From: Minisyncoccia bacterium
GTDB taxonomy: Bacteria; Patescibacteriota; Minisyncoccia; Phycocordibacterales; UBA9973
Reading direction: 5' to 3'
Assembly (NCBI GenBank): GCA_039809245.1
Contig: JBDHUP010000003.1
Span: 41,069 to 105,068 of the forward strand
DNA: 64,000 bases
Shown one piece after another: positions 39,346-48,498 of this stretch. A model generated the notes under the pieces. That model ran no database searches, was not told where the DNA came from, and worked only from the letters and a program-made list of their open reading frames with translations. Every line of letters starts with the position of its first letter. Positions within the stretch are counted from its first letter, which is position 1. The translations under genes and the position numbers were made by a program.

Positions 39346-39427
39346 ATATAGGGTTACTATAGCATAAAAAGTAATAAATTAAATATATGCTTATGTCTCA
39401 AATATCATTGTGTGCTAGGATAAAGAT

Positions 39428-41380
39428 ATGTATATCGCTACTGTCATACCCTTAAAAAAAGGTCTCCAGAAAGAATACCTTTCCTATTTTTCACTCAACG
39501 AAATACCTTTAGGGTCTATTGTCACGATTCCTGTAAGATCAAAAAGTATAGATGCAATTGTGATTGGTATGGAAGATGCTCGCACAATGAAATCAGATAT
39601 AAGGAACGCTGAATATCAATTAAAAAAAATCACGAGTGTAAAAGGCTCTTCTCCTTTTACGAAAGAATTTTTCATTGCATGCGAGAGAATGAAAGATTAT
39701 GTTATCAGTAATACTGGGATAGTTATTAAATCTCTACTTTCTCAAGCTTTACTTGAGAGTGTTCCACTTTTAAAGAAACAAAATTCTGTTGAAATAATAA
39801 ATAAAACAGAAAATATTAAACAGGAGAAATTAATTTTTCAGGCTTTCACAGCTGACCGTATTAGCTGGTATCGAACTCTTATAAGAGAAGCTTTCGCTAA
39901 GAAAGAATCTATATTCCTCTGTGTACCAACACGTTATGATATTGAACAATACAAGAATGAACTAATAAAAGGTATTGAACAATACGTGTTTGCTTTTCAT
40001 GGTGATATGACAATGAAATCATTGAGGGAGTCATATAATGAAGCTGTCACTATTCCCCACCCAGTGCTTATTATTGGTACAGGCATGTTCATGTCTATTC
40101 CTAGAGACGATATTAAGACTCTAATCGTCGAACACGAAAGCTCGGATGCCTACAAGCAAATAAGTAAACCATACATAGATATCCGTAGTTTCGCAGAAGT
40201 ATTATCTGGAGTTAAAAACTTAAAGTTAATTTTAGCCGATACCTTGCTTCGCCCCGACACATTATATAGACATGAAATTGGAGAACTTGGAGAAGTGCAC
40301 CCTCCGCTATTTAGACTCCCTCAGATAGAGAGGCAATCAGTCGTAGATATGAGAGACGAAGTAGATGAGAAGAAAATTAAGAAATTTACAGTTCTTTCTA
40401 ATGAAACGAAAGCTATGATTGAGCAAGCTTTATCCGAAGGCGAATCAGTATTCTTATTCTCTGTTCGCAAGGGACTCGCTGGAATAACTGTATGTCATGA
40501 TTGCGGAGATACATTATTATGTCCATCTTGTTCCACTCCTGTAGTCTTATACGGAGCTAAAAAAAGAGATCCGACAGGAACTAAGACCGAGCGAATATTT
40601 ATGTGTAATAAATGTGGCCGAAAAGAAACAACTGAAATACGTTGTTCAAATTGTTCTAGCTGGAACCTTGTCCCACTTGGTATTGGAACAGACAGAGTCT
40701 ATGAAGAAGTTGAAAAGCTCTTCCCTAAGGCAACAATCTTGCAAATAGATAGAGAAGCAACTCCAACAGACAAAGAGGCTCGAAATGTTATAACTCAGTT
40801 TAATAAAACAAAAGGTGCTATATTAATCGGGACAGAAATGGCATTCTCTTATCTACATACTCAAGTCACACACAGTGCTCTCATATCTTTAGACGGATTA
40901 CTATCAATCCCGAGCTTCAATATTAGTCAGAAGGTTCTGCATATAATAGAGAAGCTTCATTATCTGACAGAAAAAAATCTAATTATCCAGACTCGCATTC
41001 CAGATAACCAAATATTACAACATATACTAAGTGGAAATGTTCTACCACTTTATCGTGAAGACTTAAGAGAAAGGAAGCAGTTTAACTATCCGCCATTCAA
41101 AAGATTAATTAAGATTACATTTACAGGTACCGCGAGTGAAACGGAGAAAGCAAGAAACTATCTAGATAAAACTCTGGGCAATTATGATCCGCAAATATTC
41201 TCTGCATTCATAGGTAAAGTCAGGGGTCAATATATTACAAACACAGTTATCCGAATAGATCCGAGATTTTGGCCACTCCCAACAAGCGAGAAACTATCAG
41301 ATTCATCAACATTATCTCAGACTCTTTCTCACCTTCCACCTTCATTTTCTATAAATGTAGATCCAGAGGATTTGTTGTAA
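39428..41380 (+). CDS. priA: primosomal protein N' (PriA)-like with degenerate helicase motifs
   Basis: N-terminal 3'BD-like domain. Cys-rich zinc-binding region CHDCGDTLLCPSCS...MCNKCGRKETTEIRCSNCSSWNLVPLGIGTDRV...ILIGTEMA typical of PriA. Walker A position reads AFTADRISWYRTL; motif II reads IVEHESSDAYKQ instead of DEEHDSSYKQ. Confidence 0.65.
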   Translation: MYIATVIPLKKGLQKEYLSYFSLNEIPLGSIVTIPVRSKSIDAIVIGMEDARTMKSDIRNAEYQLKKITSVKGSSPFTKEFFIACERMKDYVISNTGIVIKSLLSQALLESVPLLKKQNSVEIINKTENIKQEKLIFQAFTADRISWYRTLIREAFAKKESIFLCVPTRYDIEQYKNELIKGIEQYVFAFHGDMTMKSLRESYNEAVTIPHPVLIIGTGMFMSIPRDDIKTLIVEHESSDAYKQISKPYIDIRSFAEVLSGVKNLKLILADTLLRPDTLYRHEIGELGEVHPPLFRLPQIERQSVVDMRDEVDEKKIKKFTVLSNETKAMIEQALSEGESVFLFSVRKGLAGITVCHDCGDTLLCPSCSTPVVLYGAKKRDPTGTKTERIFMCNKCGRKETTEIRCSNCSSWNLVPLGIGTDRVYEEVEKLFPKATILQIDREATPTDKEARNVITQFNKTKGAILIGTEMAFSYLHTQVTHSALISLDGLLSIPSFNISQKVLHIIEKLHYLTEKNLIIQTRIPDNQILQHILSGNVLPLYREDLRERKQFNYPPFKRLIKITFTGTASETEKARNYLDKTLGNYDPQIFSAFIGKVRGQYITNTVIRIDPRFWPLPTSEKLSDSSTLSQTLSHLPPSFSINVDPEDLL

Positions 41381-41427
41381 CAACTTCTTGCTTAGAGGAA
41401 AAGGATATGTTACTATGGGCCCTATAT

Positions 41428-41676
41428 ATGATAACTGTAATCGAGGTTAAGAAAAATACAAACGAGAGCAATATGAACTTGGTTCGTCGTTTTTCACGTA
41501 AAGTTCAGGAATCTGGTATTATTCAGAAAGTTAAGAGTAAGCGTTACAATGAGCGCTCACTATCAAAGCTCAAGACTAAACAGGCAACTCTAAAGAAACT
41601 TGCTCGTCGAAAGGCTCACGCTAAACTTGTAAAGATGGGTAAGGCACAAGTTTTCCTTAAAAGAGGACGTCGTTAA
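41428..41676 (+). CDS. rpsU: 30S ribosomal protein S21
   Basis: MITVIEVKKNTNESNMNLVRRFSRKVQESGIIQKVKSKRYNERSLSKLKTKQATLKKLARRKAHAKL. An alternative ATG at 41407 has an upstream GAGGA. The listed ORF start at 41269 overlaps priA and is rejected. Confidence 0.8.
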   Translation: MITVIEVKKNTNESNMNLVRRFSRKVQESGIIQKVKSKRYNERSLSKLKTKQATLKKLARRKAHAKLVKMGKAQVFLKRGRR

Positions 41677-41684
41677 TCAACTTT

Positions 41685-42068
41685 ATGGCAGACAAAAACT
41701 TCTGCACAATCATAAACAAAACAAAAGGCAAGCTTCCACGCTTGCCTTTTGTTTCTATTAAGGAAAAAATTTTAGGTCCTAAATATGATTTGTCAGTAAG
41801 CTTCCTTAGTAAGACTGAGCAGAGGAAAATAAATAGAACCTACCGCAAGAAAGATAAGACGACTAATGTACTTTCATTTTCGCTTTCAAAGAATTCAGGT
41901 GAGATAACTTTCGACTTAGCTCAAGTTAAAAAAGATGCTCCTCTCTTTGAGATGACTTACTCAAAATTCTTAAAATACCTATTTATCCACGGGTGTTTAC
42001 ATTTGAAAGGTTTCGAACATAGTAGTACAATGGAGAAAGAAGAAAAGAAATTTCTTGCAATGTTCTAG
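41685..42068 (+). CDS. ybeY: endoribonuclease YbeY (rRNA maturation factor)
   Basis: NVLSF and HGCLHLKGFEHS (compare HGxLHLxGYDH). Confidence 0.85.
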   Translation: MADKNFCTIINKTKGKLPRLPFVSIKEKILGPKYDLSVSFLSKTEQRKINRTYRKKDKTTNVLSFSLSKNSGEITFDLAQVKKDAPLFEMTYSKFLKYLFIHGCLHLKGFEHSSTMEKEEKKFLAMF

Positions 42069-42094
42069 CGAGATTACAACCTTCTTTCACCACT

Positions 42095-43270
42095 ATGGCA
42101 AAAAGCAATTACACATGCGGAATCGATATCGGCACACACAATACACGAGTTGTAGTGATGGGCTCAAACAAAGAGAGCAAAGCTCTCGAAGTTCTTGCTG
42201 TCGGTTCTTCTGCAACTTCCGGAATGAGACTTGGTTATATCACAAATACTGATCAAGTTGCTAAATCCATAAAAGAAGCTGTAGGCCAAGCTGAGAAATC
42301 TTTCGGTAGTAAGATAAAGAAAGCTTATGTATCTATTGGTGGTATAAATTTAGGATCAGTAGTCTCTACAGGATCCGTAGTTGTATCTCGTGCTGATCAA
42401 GAGATCACTCACTTGGATATCTCAAAAGCTTTAGCTGATAGTGAGGAGAACTTAGATATATTAAATAAAAAGATAATACATATAATACCTATCTCATATA
42501 AGCTAGATGGCAAGGAACTCCACGCCAGACCAGAAGGTATGAAAGGTATCAAGCTTGAAGTAAAGACATTATTCGTAACTTGCTTAAAGCAAAACATTGA
42601 AGACCTTATTACCGCTTGTGCTCTTGCTGGTATTGAAGTTGAAGATATTATAGCTTCCCCTCTTGCAAGTTCTTCAATACTATTAAATCCGAAACAAAGG
42701 GCGGCAGGCTGCGCCCTTGTCGATATCGGAGCTGAGACTGTATCTATAGCCTGCTTTGAAAATCACCTACTTTTATCACTACAAGTATTCTCAATAGGAA
42801 GTATGGATATAACCAAAGACGTCGCTCTTGGATTTAAGATTGGTCTAGAAGAAGCAGAGAGTATAAAGCTCGGTAGTGTCATAGGTGGAGACTACCCTAA
42901 AAAGAAAATAGATGAAATCATCGAGGCACGCTTAAGTGATATTTTTGAATTAATAGAAAATCATCTAAAGCGTCTTCGTCGTAATGAATTATTACCAGCA
43001 GGTATAATTTTCACCGGTGGTGGATCTTACATAAATAAAATTGAAGACTTAGCTCGCACTTCACTTAAACTTCCTGCACATGTTGGACCTATGGATGGAT
43101 CGATAAGTAGTAAATTTAAAATAAAAGATTCATCATGGTACACAGCTTTCGGACTTGCTATGTCTTTTAGTGATGGATCACAAAATAGTGCTATAGCAAA
43201 CTCACTTGGAGATAATGTGAAAGAGGTAAAAGGATTTTTCAAATCAATTTTGTCTCAACTTTTGCCATAA
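42095..43270 (+). CDS. ftsA: cell division protein FtsA
   Basis: CGIDIGTHNTRVVV, IVDIGAETVSIA. Directly upstream of ftsZ. Confidence 0.88.
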   Translation: MAKSNYTCGIDIGTHNTRVVVMGSNKESKALEVLAVGSSATSGMRLGYITNTDQVAKSIKEAVGQAEKSFGSKIKKAYVSIGGINLGSVVSTGSVVVSRADQEITHLDISKALADSEENLDILNKKIIHIIPISYKLDGKELHARPEGMKGIKLEVKTLFVTCLKQNIEDLITACALAGIEVEDIIASPLASSSILLNPKQRAAGCALVDIGAETVSIACFENHLLLSLQVFSIGSMDITKDVALGFKIGLEEAESIKLGSVIGGDYPKKKIDEIIEARLSDIFELIENHLKRLRRNELLPAGIIFTGGGSYINKIEDLARTSLKLPAHVGPMDGSISSKFKIKDSSWYTAFGLAMSFSDGSQNSAIANSLGDNVKEVKGFFKSILSQLLP

Positions 43271-43377
43271 TTTGCAAATTTGTCAAACATTTGCTTTTTG
43301 TTAATTTCTGCTATGATGTACGTACATAGTTCTTAAACTTTTATCATTAACGAAAGACTTCTGTCTATAATATTTAT

Positions 43378-44550
43378 ATGCCAAAAATCAATCCAGACAT
43401 TGAATCATTTGCCCGAATTAAGGTTATCGGAATAGGTGGTTCAGGAAAAAACGCTTTAAATCACATGATCAGCTCCAAGGTTCGTGGGGTTGAGTTTATA
43501 GTTATGAACACTGATACTCAAGATCTTCATAACTCTTTTGCTGAGAAGAAGGTTCACTTGGGTAAGAACCTTACAAAGGGACTAGGTGCAGGAATGAATC
43601 CAGAAATCGGTAAACGTGCCGCTGAAGAAACAAAAGCCGAAATCCAAGATGTTATCAAAGGTGCCGATATGGTTTTCATTGCTTGCGGAATGGGAGGAGG
43701 AACAGGTACAGGTGCTGCACCTATTGTTGCTCAAGCTGCTAAAGAACAAGGTATCCTTACAGTTGCTGTTGTTACAAAGCCATTCTCATTTGAAGGAAAT
43801 CAAAGAATGAAACTTGCTGAAGATGGACTTGCTCTACTTGAACGTGAAGTTGACGCTATTCTTGTTATTCCAAATGACAGACTTATCGTTATCTCTGGTA
43901 AGGAAGTTGGCTTCCGACAAGCTTTCGCAATGTGTGATGAAGTTCTCAAACAAGCCGTTGAAGGTATTTCAGAGCTTATTACTACTCCAGGTATGATCAA
44001 CGTAGACTTCGCTGATATTCGTGCAGTTATGCATGATGCAGGAAGTGCGCTTATGGGTGTAGGAATTGCAGCTGGTGATGGACGCGCAGAAAAAGCAGCA
44101 CTAGGAGCTATAAACTCCCCTCTCTTGGACCTTTCTATATCTGGTGCAAGAGGAGTTCTATTTGCTATATCTGGAGGTGATGACCTTACTATCCATGAAA
44201 TCCAAGAAGCTGCTAAAATCATTACTGAGTCTATAGATAAAGATGCCAAGGTAATATTTGGTACAATTCGTGATGATAAGCTTAAGAAAGGCGAAATGAA
44301 AGTTACAGTTATTGCTACTGGATTCCCTACTGATATGCCAAAGAGATCTTTATTCCAGAGCCAAGCAAAAATTGGTGAACAAACAATTGCTACAGAAAGT
44401 AAAGAAGAAGTAATTCAAGCTGTTAAAGAATCAACTAAAGATACTGCAGGAGATTACGTGAAGAAGTCTGAGAAAGTTGATGATGATCTATTTATAGACG
44501 ATACAGATGATTGGAGCACTGTTCCAGCATTCCTAAGAAGAAAGAAGTAA
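43378..44550 (+). CDS. ftsZ: cell division protein FtsZ
   Basis: [34 protein letters not shown]. Confidence 0.95.
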   Translation: MPKINPDIESFARIKVIGIGGSGKNALNHMISSKVRGVEFIVMNTDTQDLHNSFAEKKVHLGKNLTKGLGAGMNPEIGKRAAEETKAEIQDVIKGADMVFIACGMGGGTGTGAAPIVAQAAKEQGILTVAVVTKPFSFEGNQRMKLAEDGLALLEREVDAILVIPNDRLIVISGKEVGFRQAFAMCDEVLKQAVEGISELITTPGMINVDFADIRAVMHDAGSALMGVGIAAGDGRAEKAALGAINSPLLDLSISGARGVLFAISGGDDLTIHEIQEAAKIITESIDKDAKVIFGTIRDDKLKKGEMKVTVIATGFPTDMPKRSLFQSQAKIGEQTIATESKEEVIQAVKESTKDTAGDYVKKSEKVDDDLFIDDTDDWSTVPAFLRRKK

Positions 44551-44553
44551 AAT

Positions 44554-44580
44554 AAAATTCCCCAATATTTGGGGAATTTT
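44554..44580 (+). terminator. rho-independent terminator after ftsZ
   Basis: aaaattcccc-aatattt-ggggaatttt followed by attttat. Confidence 0.6.
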
Positions 44581-44603
44581 ATTTTATGGTATAGAATAGC
44601 ACT

Positions 44604-45530
44604 ATGTACGATTTGATTATCTTAGGTGGAGGACCAGCAGGAACTGCTGCTGCTGTCTATGCTGCCCGCAAACAACTTAAAACCGCAATTATAACCTCCG
44701 AATTCGGTGGTCAATCTACCGTATCTACTCTTATCTATAACTGGATCGGAACTCCTGAAATCCCAGGAATAGAACTTGGAGAGAATCTGAAGAAACACAC
44801 TCTTTACTATAAAGGACCATATCTTGATGTTATAGAAGGTGAGAAAATAGTAGCTGTAAATAAAGATAATGGAACTATTACAGTGAAAACTGAATCAGGT
44901 AAATCACATACTTCTAGAGCCCTCTTAGTTGCAACCGGTTCAGGTCGCCGTAAATTAGATGCTGTAAATGCAGATAAATTCGAACACAAAGGTATAACCT
45001 ACTGTGCTTCTTGTGATGGGCCACTTTTTGCTGATCAAGATGTACTCGTTATAGGTGGTGGTAACGCTGGTTTTGAGACAGCTGCTCAACTACTAGCCTA
45101 TTGTAAGAGCGTAACAATGGTACACAGAAGTGCTGAATTCCGCGCTGATGAAATAACAGTCAAGAAGATCCAAGAAAACCCTAAGTTCAAAGTTATTACA
45201 AATGCAGATATAACAAGAGTAGATGGTGAGCAGTTTGTAACTTCACTTACTTATAAAGATAAGATAACTGGCGAAGAGCATACTATTCCAACAACTGGTA
45301 TCTTTGTGGAAGTTGGCCAGATTCCGAATACTGACTTTATGAAAGGTGTTGTTGAAATAGATCAATTCAACAAGATAGTAGTAGACCCTATGACTCAAAT
45401 GGCTTCAGTACCTGGTATTTGGGCTGCTGGTGACTGTACAAACGGACGCTACCATCAAAACAACATCGCTGCTGGCGATGCTGTCAAAGCTCTAGAAGAT
45501 ATCTATATTTGGCTTCATAAAAACAAGTAG
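44604..45530 (+). CDS. trxB: thioredoxin-disulfide reductase
   Basis: DLIILGGGPAGTAAAVYAAR, redox CASC, LVIGGGNAGFE, AAGDC. Confidence 0.85.
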   Translation: MYDLIILGGGPAGTAAAVYAARKQLKTAIITSEFGGQSTVSTLIYNWIGTPEIPGIELGENLKKHTLYYKGPYLDVIEGEKIVAVNKDNGTITVKTESGKSHTSRALLVATGSGRRKLDAVNADKFEHKGITYCASCDGPLFADQDVLVIGGGNAGFETAAQLLAYCKSVTMVHRSAEFRADEITVKKIQENPKFKVITNADITRVDGEQFVTSLTYKDKITGEEHTIPTTGIFVEVGQIPNTDFMKGVVEIDQFNKIVVDPMTQMASVPGIWAAGDCTNGRYHQNNIAAGDAVKALEDIYIWLHKNK

Positions 45531-45559
45531 TTGACATTAGTTTATTAGTTATGTAGAAT
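45531..45559 (+). promoter_or_regulatory. sigma70-like promoter TTGACA-N17-TAGAAT
   Basis: ttgaca at 45531-45536, tagaat at 45554-45559, 40 nt upstream of the ATG at 45599. Confidence 0.4.
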
Positions 45560-45598
45560 ATAATCTCATTCTTTTACATAACCAATAAAACTAAACTC

Positions 45599-46099
45599 AT
45601 GAAAAAAGGAAAATCATTTGTCCCCTACCATTATGTAGGAGGAACACCTGCCTTAGGCTTAAACAAATTAATTGCTACTACAGACGGATCTGACCAACGC
45701 ATATGTGAAACTTGTGTAAATCGTTGTTTGATCGGTATCCCGAACATGACTGACTGTTGCAATCAAAACGCAAAAAAGGCTTTTGGTGCCGGTGAAAAAG
45801 TTGTGATGCCTAAGAAACTACACGGCCAACATGTTGGTAATTTCTGCCCTTTCTTTGAAAAAAGCCAATCAGCAAGTTCTATTACAATGAACAGCTATGC
45901 TTCAACGATGACTAACAGTTTGGATGTTCCTGAGGCAGTGATTCAGGAAAAACCAAAAGCTATGTTTATTGCCACAAAAAACGGCCGGTATTATTATCCT
46001 TCTGATTACAAATTACCAGGAAACGTAAACCAGGAGAAAATACGGCGCTTTGATTCCGTAGAAGAAGCTATCAACGCAGGGTATGTGCCAAGATTTTAA
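45599..46099 (+). CDS. hypothetical Cys-rich protein with C-terminal Ada-Zn-binding-like fold lacking the Cys ligands
   Basis: N-terminal CETCVNRC...DCCNQN...FCPFF. The C-terminus FIATKNGRYYYPSDYKLPGNVNQEKIRRFDSVEEAINAGYVPRF parallels the Ada N-terminal FxxxxxtgIyCRPsCxxxxxxxxnvxfFxSxeeAxxaGyRPC with Cys replaced. Confidence 0.35.
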   Translation: MKKGKSFVPYHYVGGTPALGLNKLIATTDGSDQRICETCVNRCLIGIPNMTDCCNQNAKKAFGAGEKVVMPKKLHGQHVGNFCPFFEKSQSASSITMNSYASTMTNSLDVPEAVIQEKPKAMFIATKNGRYYYPSDYKLPGNVNQEKIRRFDSVEEAINAGYVPRF

Positions 46100-46125
46100 A
46101 CCCCCCTTTCATGAAAAAATTAAAG

Positions 46126-46156
46126 CCTGAGAATTTTTATTCTCAGGTTCTTTTTT
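46126..46156 (+). terminator. bidirectional rho-independent terminator between convergent genes
   Basis: cctgagaat-tttt-attctcagg followed by ttctttttt. Confidence 0.6.
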
Positions 46157-46163
46157 ATTTAAT

Positions 46164-46898
46164 TTATAAATTTTCTATAATTTCTAATTGTTCTTTTGTA
46201 TTTACCCCAAGCGCTTCTTTGGGATCTATAGAAATTGAAGCAATTTTTGCTTGTTCAGTAAATGCCATACCCACAAGATCGGTAAGATAGTATTCTTTTT
46301 GCGCATTTTCATTTTTAAGCATATGCAAGTGCTTCCACATCCATTTTGCATCGAAACACATATAAGCTGGGTTAACTTCTTTTATTTCAAGCTCTTCTGG
46401 TGTCGCGTCTTTTACTTCAACGATTTTTGATATTTCCCCATTTTCATCGCGCACAAACTTACCAAAGGCAAGAAACGCAGATCTCCACTCATTAAAATCA
46501 GTAACTGTTGCAGTTGCCATAGTAAGTGTAGCTTTCTCATCAATATGAGTCTTTATAATATTTTTAATAGTATCTGAACTAACTAAAGGATGATCGGCAT
46601 ATAAGACTACCACAAGGTCAGCGTCTTTCGATAAATTCTCTGCACTCATAACAGCATGCCCTGTACCCAGCTGTTCTTCTTGAACTGCGTATGAATATTC
46701 TCCACCTAAAGTTGAACGTACTTGATCACCTTTCTGACCTATAACAATAATAGGATCACTACAAACACTAGATAAGGCTACAGCATTTAGAACATGCGCA
46801 ATAAAAGGTTTACCGTGCAAAGGAGTCAGAGCTTTAGGTAATTCAGATTCCATTCGCTTACCATGACCTGCGGCTAAAATTATTATTTGGGTGTTCAT
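46164..46898 (-). CDS. sugar-1-phosphate nucleotidyltransferase, GlmU N-terminal (uridyltransferase) domain-like, no acetyltransferase domain
   Basis: IILAAGHGKRMESELPKALTPLHGKPFIAHV (compare GlmU AViLAAGkGTRMxSxLPKvLh). 244 aa, no left-handed beta-helix hexapeptide repeats. Confidence 0.65.
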   Translation of the reverse strand: MNTQIIILAAGHGKRMESELPKALTPLHGKPFIAHVLNAVALSSVCSDPIIVIGQKGDQVRSTLGGEYSYAVQEEQLGTGHAVMSAENLSKDADLVVVLYADHPLVSSDTIKNIIKTHIDEKATLTMATATVTDFNEWRSAFLAFGKFVRDENGEISKIVEVKDATPEELEIKEVNPAYMCFDAKWMWKHLHMLKNENAQKEYYLTDLVGMAFTEQAKIASISIDPKEALGVNTKEQLEIIENL

Positions 46899-47020
46899 AA
46901 TGTGTATGCGATAGAGAACTCGGTCACAAGTATTTTTCTGCTGAAAAATCTCGCGACCCCGACTCGGCTCGTCAGCCTCCGTCTTTCAAATCCTCACCCT
47001 GACAAAATTGTCAGGCGCTG

Positions 47021-47093
47021 TGCGCGGTGAGGGATTTGAACCCCCGGCCTTCCCCACGTCAAGGGGACGCTCTACCAACTGAGCTAACCGCGC
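47021..47093 (-). tRNA. tRNA-Val (anticodon GAC)
   Basis: The reverse complement folds as a cloverleaf: acceptor gcgcggt/accgcgc, D-arm gctc-agttggta-gagc, anticodon arm tcccc-ttGACgt-gggga, T-arm ggggg-ttcaaat-ccctc, discriminator A. No encoded CCA. Confidence 0.9.
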
Positions 47094-47227
47094 TTTAATT
47101 TCATACAGAACAGGAAGATTATAGTATATTTTCAATAAAAAGTATAGAATTTGACACATTTAGACATATGCGTTAGTATAGCTACGAAACTCATTAAATA
47201 AATCGTAAACAAAAAAACTTTAAGCAG

Positions 47228-47584
47228 ATGACAAAATTAACCCCCGAGGAACACTCTAAAATTATAAAAAAGATGGAAGAGCAAAGAGAGGAGTTTTTTA
47301 AAAAATGGCAAGAGAAAAAGAAAAAGTCCTTATTGCAATTGATGAAAGAAGATATCAGTAATATATCCTTCAAGAGTATATTATTAGATTTTTTATCCCC
47401 ATTTAAAAATTTTCTTAAACTGGCAAGCGAGGTCAGCGCTGAGCAAAAGAAAGTTGCTGAGAAAGATAAAGAATATCAAGCTCAACAATTGCAAAGAGAA
47501 ACAAGAGTTATCGAAATAAAACCAGCGAATGAAGAGCAGGTTGACTCAGAAATATCTCTCGAAGGTCAGCTATCTTATGCTTAA
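47228..47584 (+). CDS. hypothetical coiled-coil/low-complexity protein between two tRNA genes
   Basis: 118 aa, K/E-rich. A TTGACA-N17-TAGTAT promoter-like sequence at about 47150-47180 and a terminator downstream. No motif. Confidence 0.3.
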   Translation: MTKLTPEEHSKIIKKMEEQREEFFKKWQEKKKKSLLQLMKEDISNISFKSILLDFLSPFKNFLKLASEVSAEQKKVAEKDKEYQAQQLQRETRVIEIKPANEEQVDSEISLEGQLSYA

Positions 47585-47608
47585 ATGTAACTTAAAGACA
47601 TTTACATA

Positions 47609-47640
47609 CACCAAGACTAGATCTTGGTGTTTTTTATTTT
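47609..47640 (+). terminator. rho-independent terminator
   Basis: caccaaga-ctaga-tcttggtg followed by ttttttatttt, ending 2 nt before the tRNA-Glu 3' end. Confidence 0.55.
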
Positions 47641-47642
47641 TG

Positions 47643-47714
47643 TGACCCTACCGGGAATCGAACCCGGATTACCGGCTTGAAAAGCCGATGTCCTAACCGT
47701 TAGACGATAGGGCC
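47643..47714 (-). tRNA. tRNA-Glu (anticodon UUC)
   Basis: Reverse complement ggccctatcgtctaacggttaggacatcggcttTTCaagccggtaatccgggttcgattcccggtagggtca. Anticodon arm tcggc-ttTTCaa-gccgg, T-loop ttcgatt, Glu-type D-arm gtcta..ggac. Confidence 0.88.
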
Positions 47715-47968
47715 AACAATGTGAATGAGTATAACATTTATACCCAAAAAATCAACTTTTTGCGTAATTTTAGCCTTATCTTATAAGTATATAATCGAGA
47801 TTTATAACTTGACTTTTCTGTATATTTATGCTATTATACTTCTAGGTTTAGATCTTTGACAAAGTTTTAGGTTAAATAAGGTTTCATTGAGCAATTCTCC
47901 CCTTCTATTAGGAGGTTAGAATTGTTCAATGAAACCACAAAATTTATTTAACCAAAAAAACAATTATC

Positions 47969-48484
47969 ATGTCACACGAAGCAACAAATGAAAAAGACCA
48001 TAAAGAGACGTCTATTCATACACCAAGAGTCCAGAGGGCTAAGGGTGTAAAAATTGGAATTTATCTTTTTTTAGGATTGATAGCGTTAATTGCGTTAACA
48101 ATCATAAATAATAGAAAGAAAGAAGAAAGGAAATCAGGAACACAAAGTTCATCATCCGCAAAAAGTTCTAATGTAATTGCATGTGATTTCACATACAATG
48201 CATTAGATATTCCTTACGGCGATAGCTTAGTATTTCAATTAGATCCAGGTAAATCAGCTTTGGTAAATCTGACAAACGACTGGTGTCCTTACTGGTCATC
48301 AAGTCAAACTGATACCTATGATGAAAATCATGTTAAGAGGGTATTAGAAAAAGCGAGGTTTATACAAGGTCCACCTTTAAGCAAGAATAGCCAGTATCTG
48401 GTATTCCAAAACACTAAACAAAATTCAGTAACCCTTAAAATTGGTAGGTCAGAAAAACTTGACTACAATGCCTACCATTTTTAA
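47969..48484 (+). CDS. hypothetical single-TM membrane protein
   Basis: TM IGIYLFLGLIALIALTII. 171 aa. A 20-codon SD-preceded uORF (47929-47991) overlaps its start. Confidence 0.4.
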   Translation: MSHEATNEKDHKETSIHTPRVQRAKGVKIGIYLFLGLIALIALTIINNRKKEERKSGTQSSSSAKSSNVIACDFTYNALDIPYGDSLVFQLDPGKSALVNLTNDWCPYWSSSQTDTYDENHVKRVLEKARFIQGPPLSKNSQYLVFQNTKQNSVTLKIGRSEKLDYNAYHF

Positions 48485-48498
48485 AAAAAAATCATTTT

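Noticed and set aside
41269-41427. Extended 5' part of the rpsU ORF (MATPNKRET...)
   Set aside because: It overlaps the last 112 nt of priA in another frame and has no homology. S21 homology starts at MITVIEVKK (41428), and an alternative SD-preceded ATG is at 41407.
46921-46997. A second tRNA gene (or tRNA pseudogene) in the GC-rich stretch next to tRNA-Val
   Set aside because: It contains a tRNA-3'-end-like ttcaaatcctcaccc, but I could not fold a cloverleaf on either strand (no D-arm or anticodon arm). It is reported as a finding instead of a feature.
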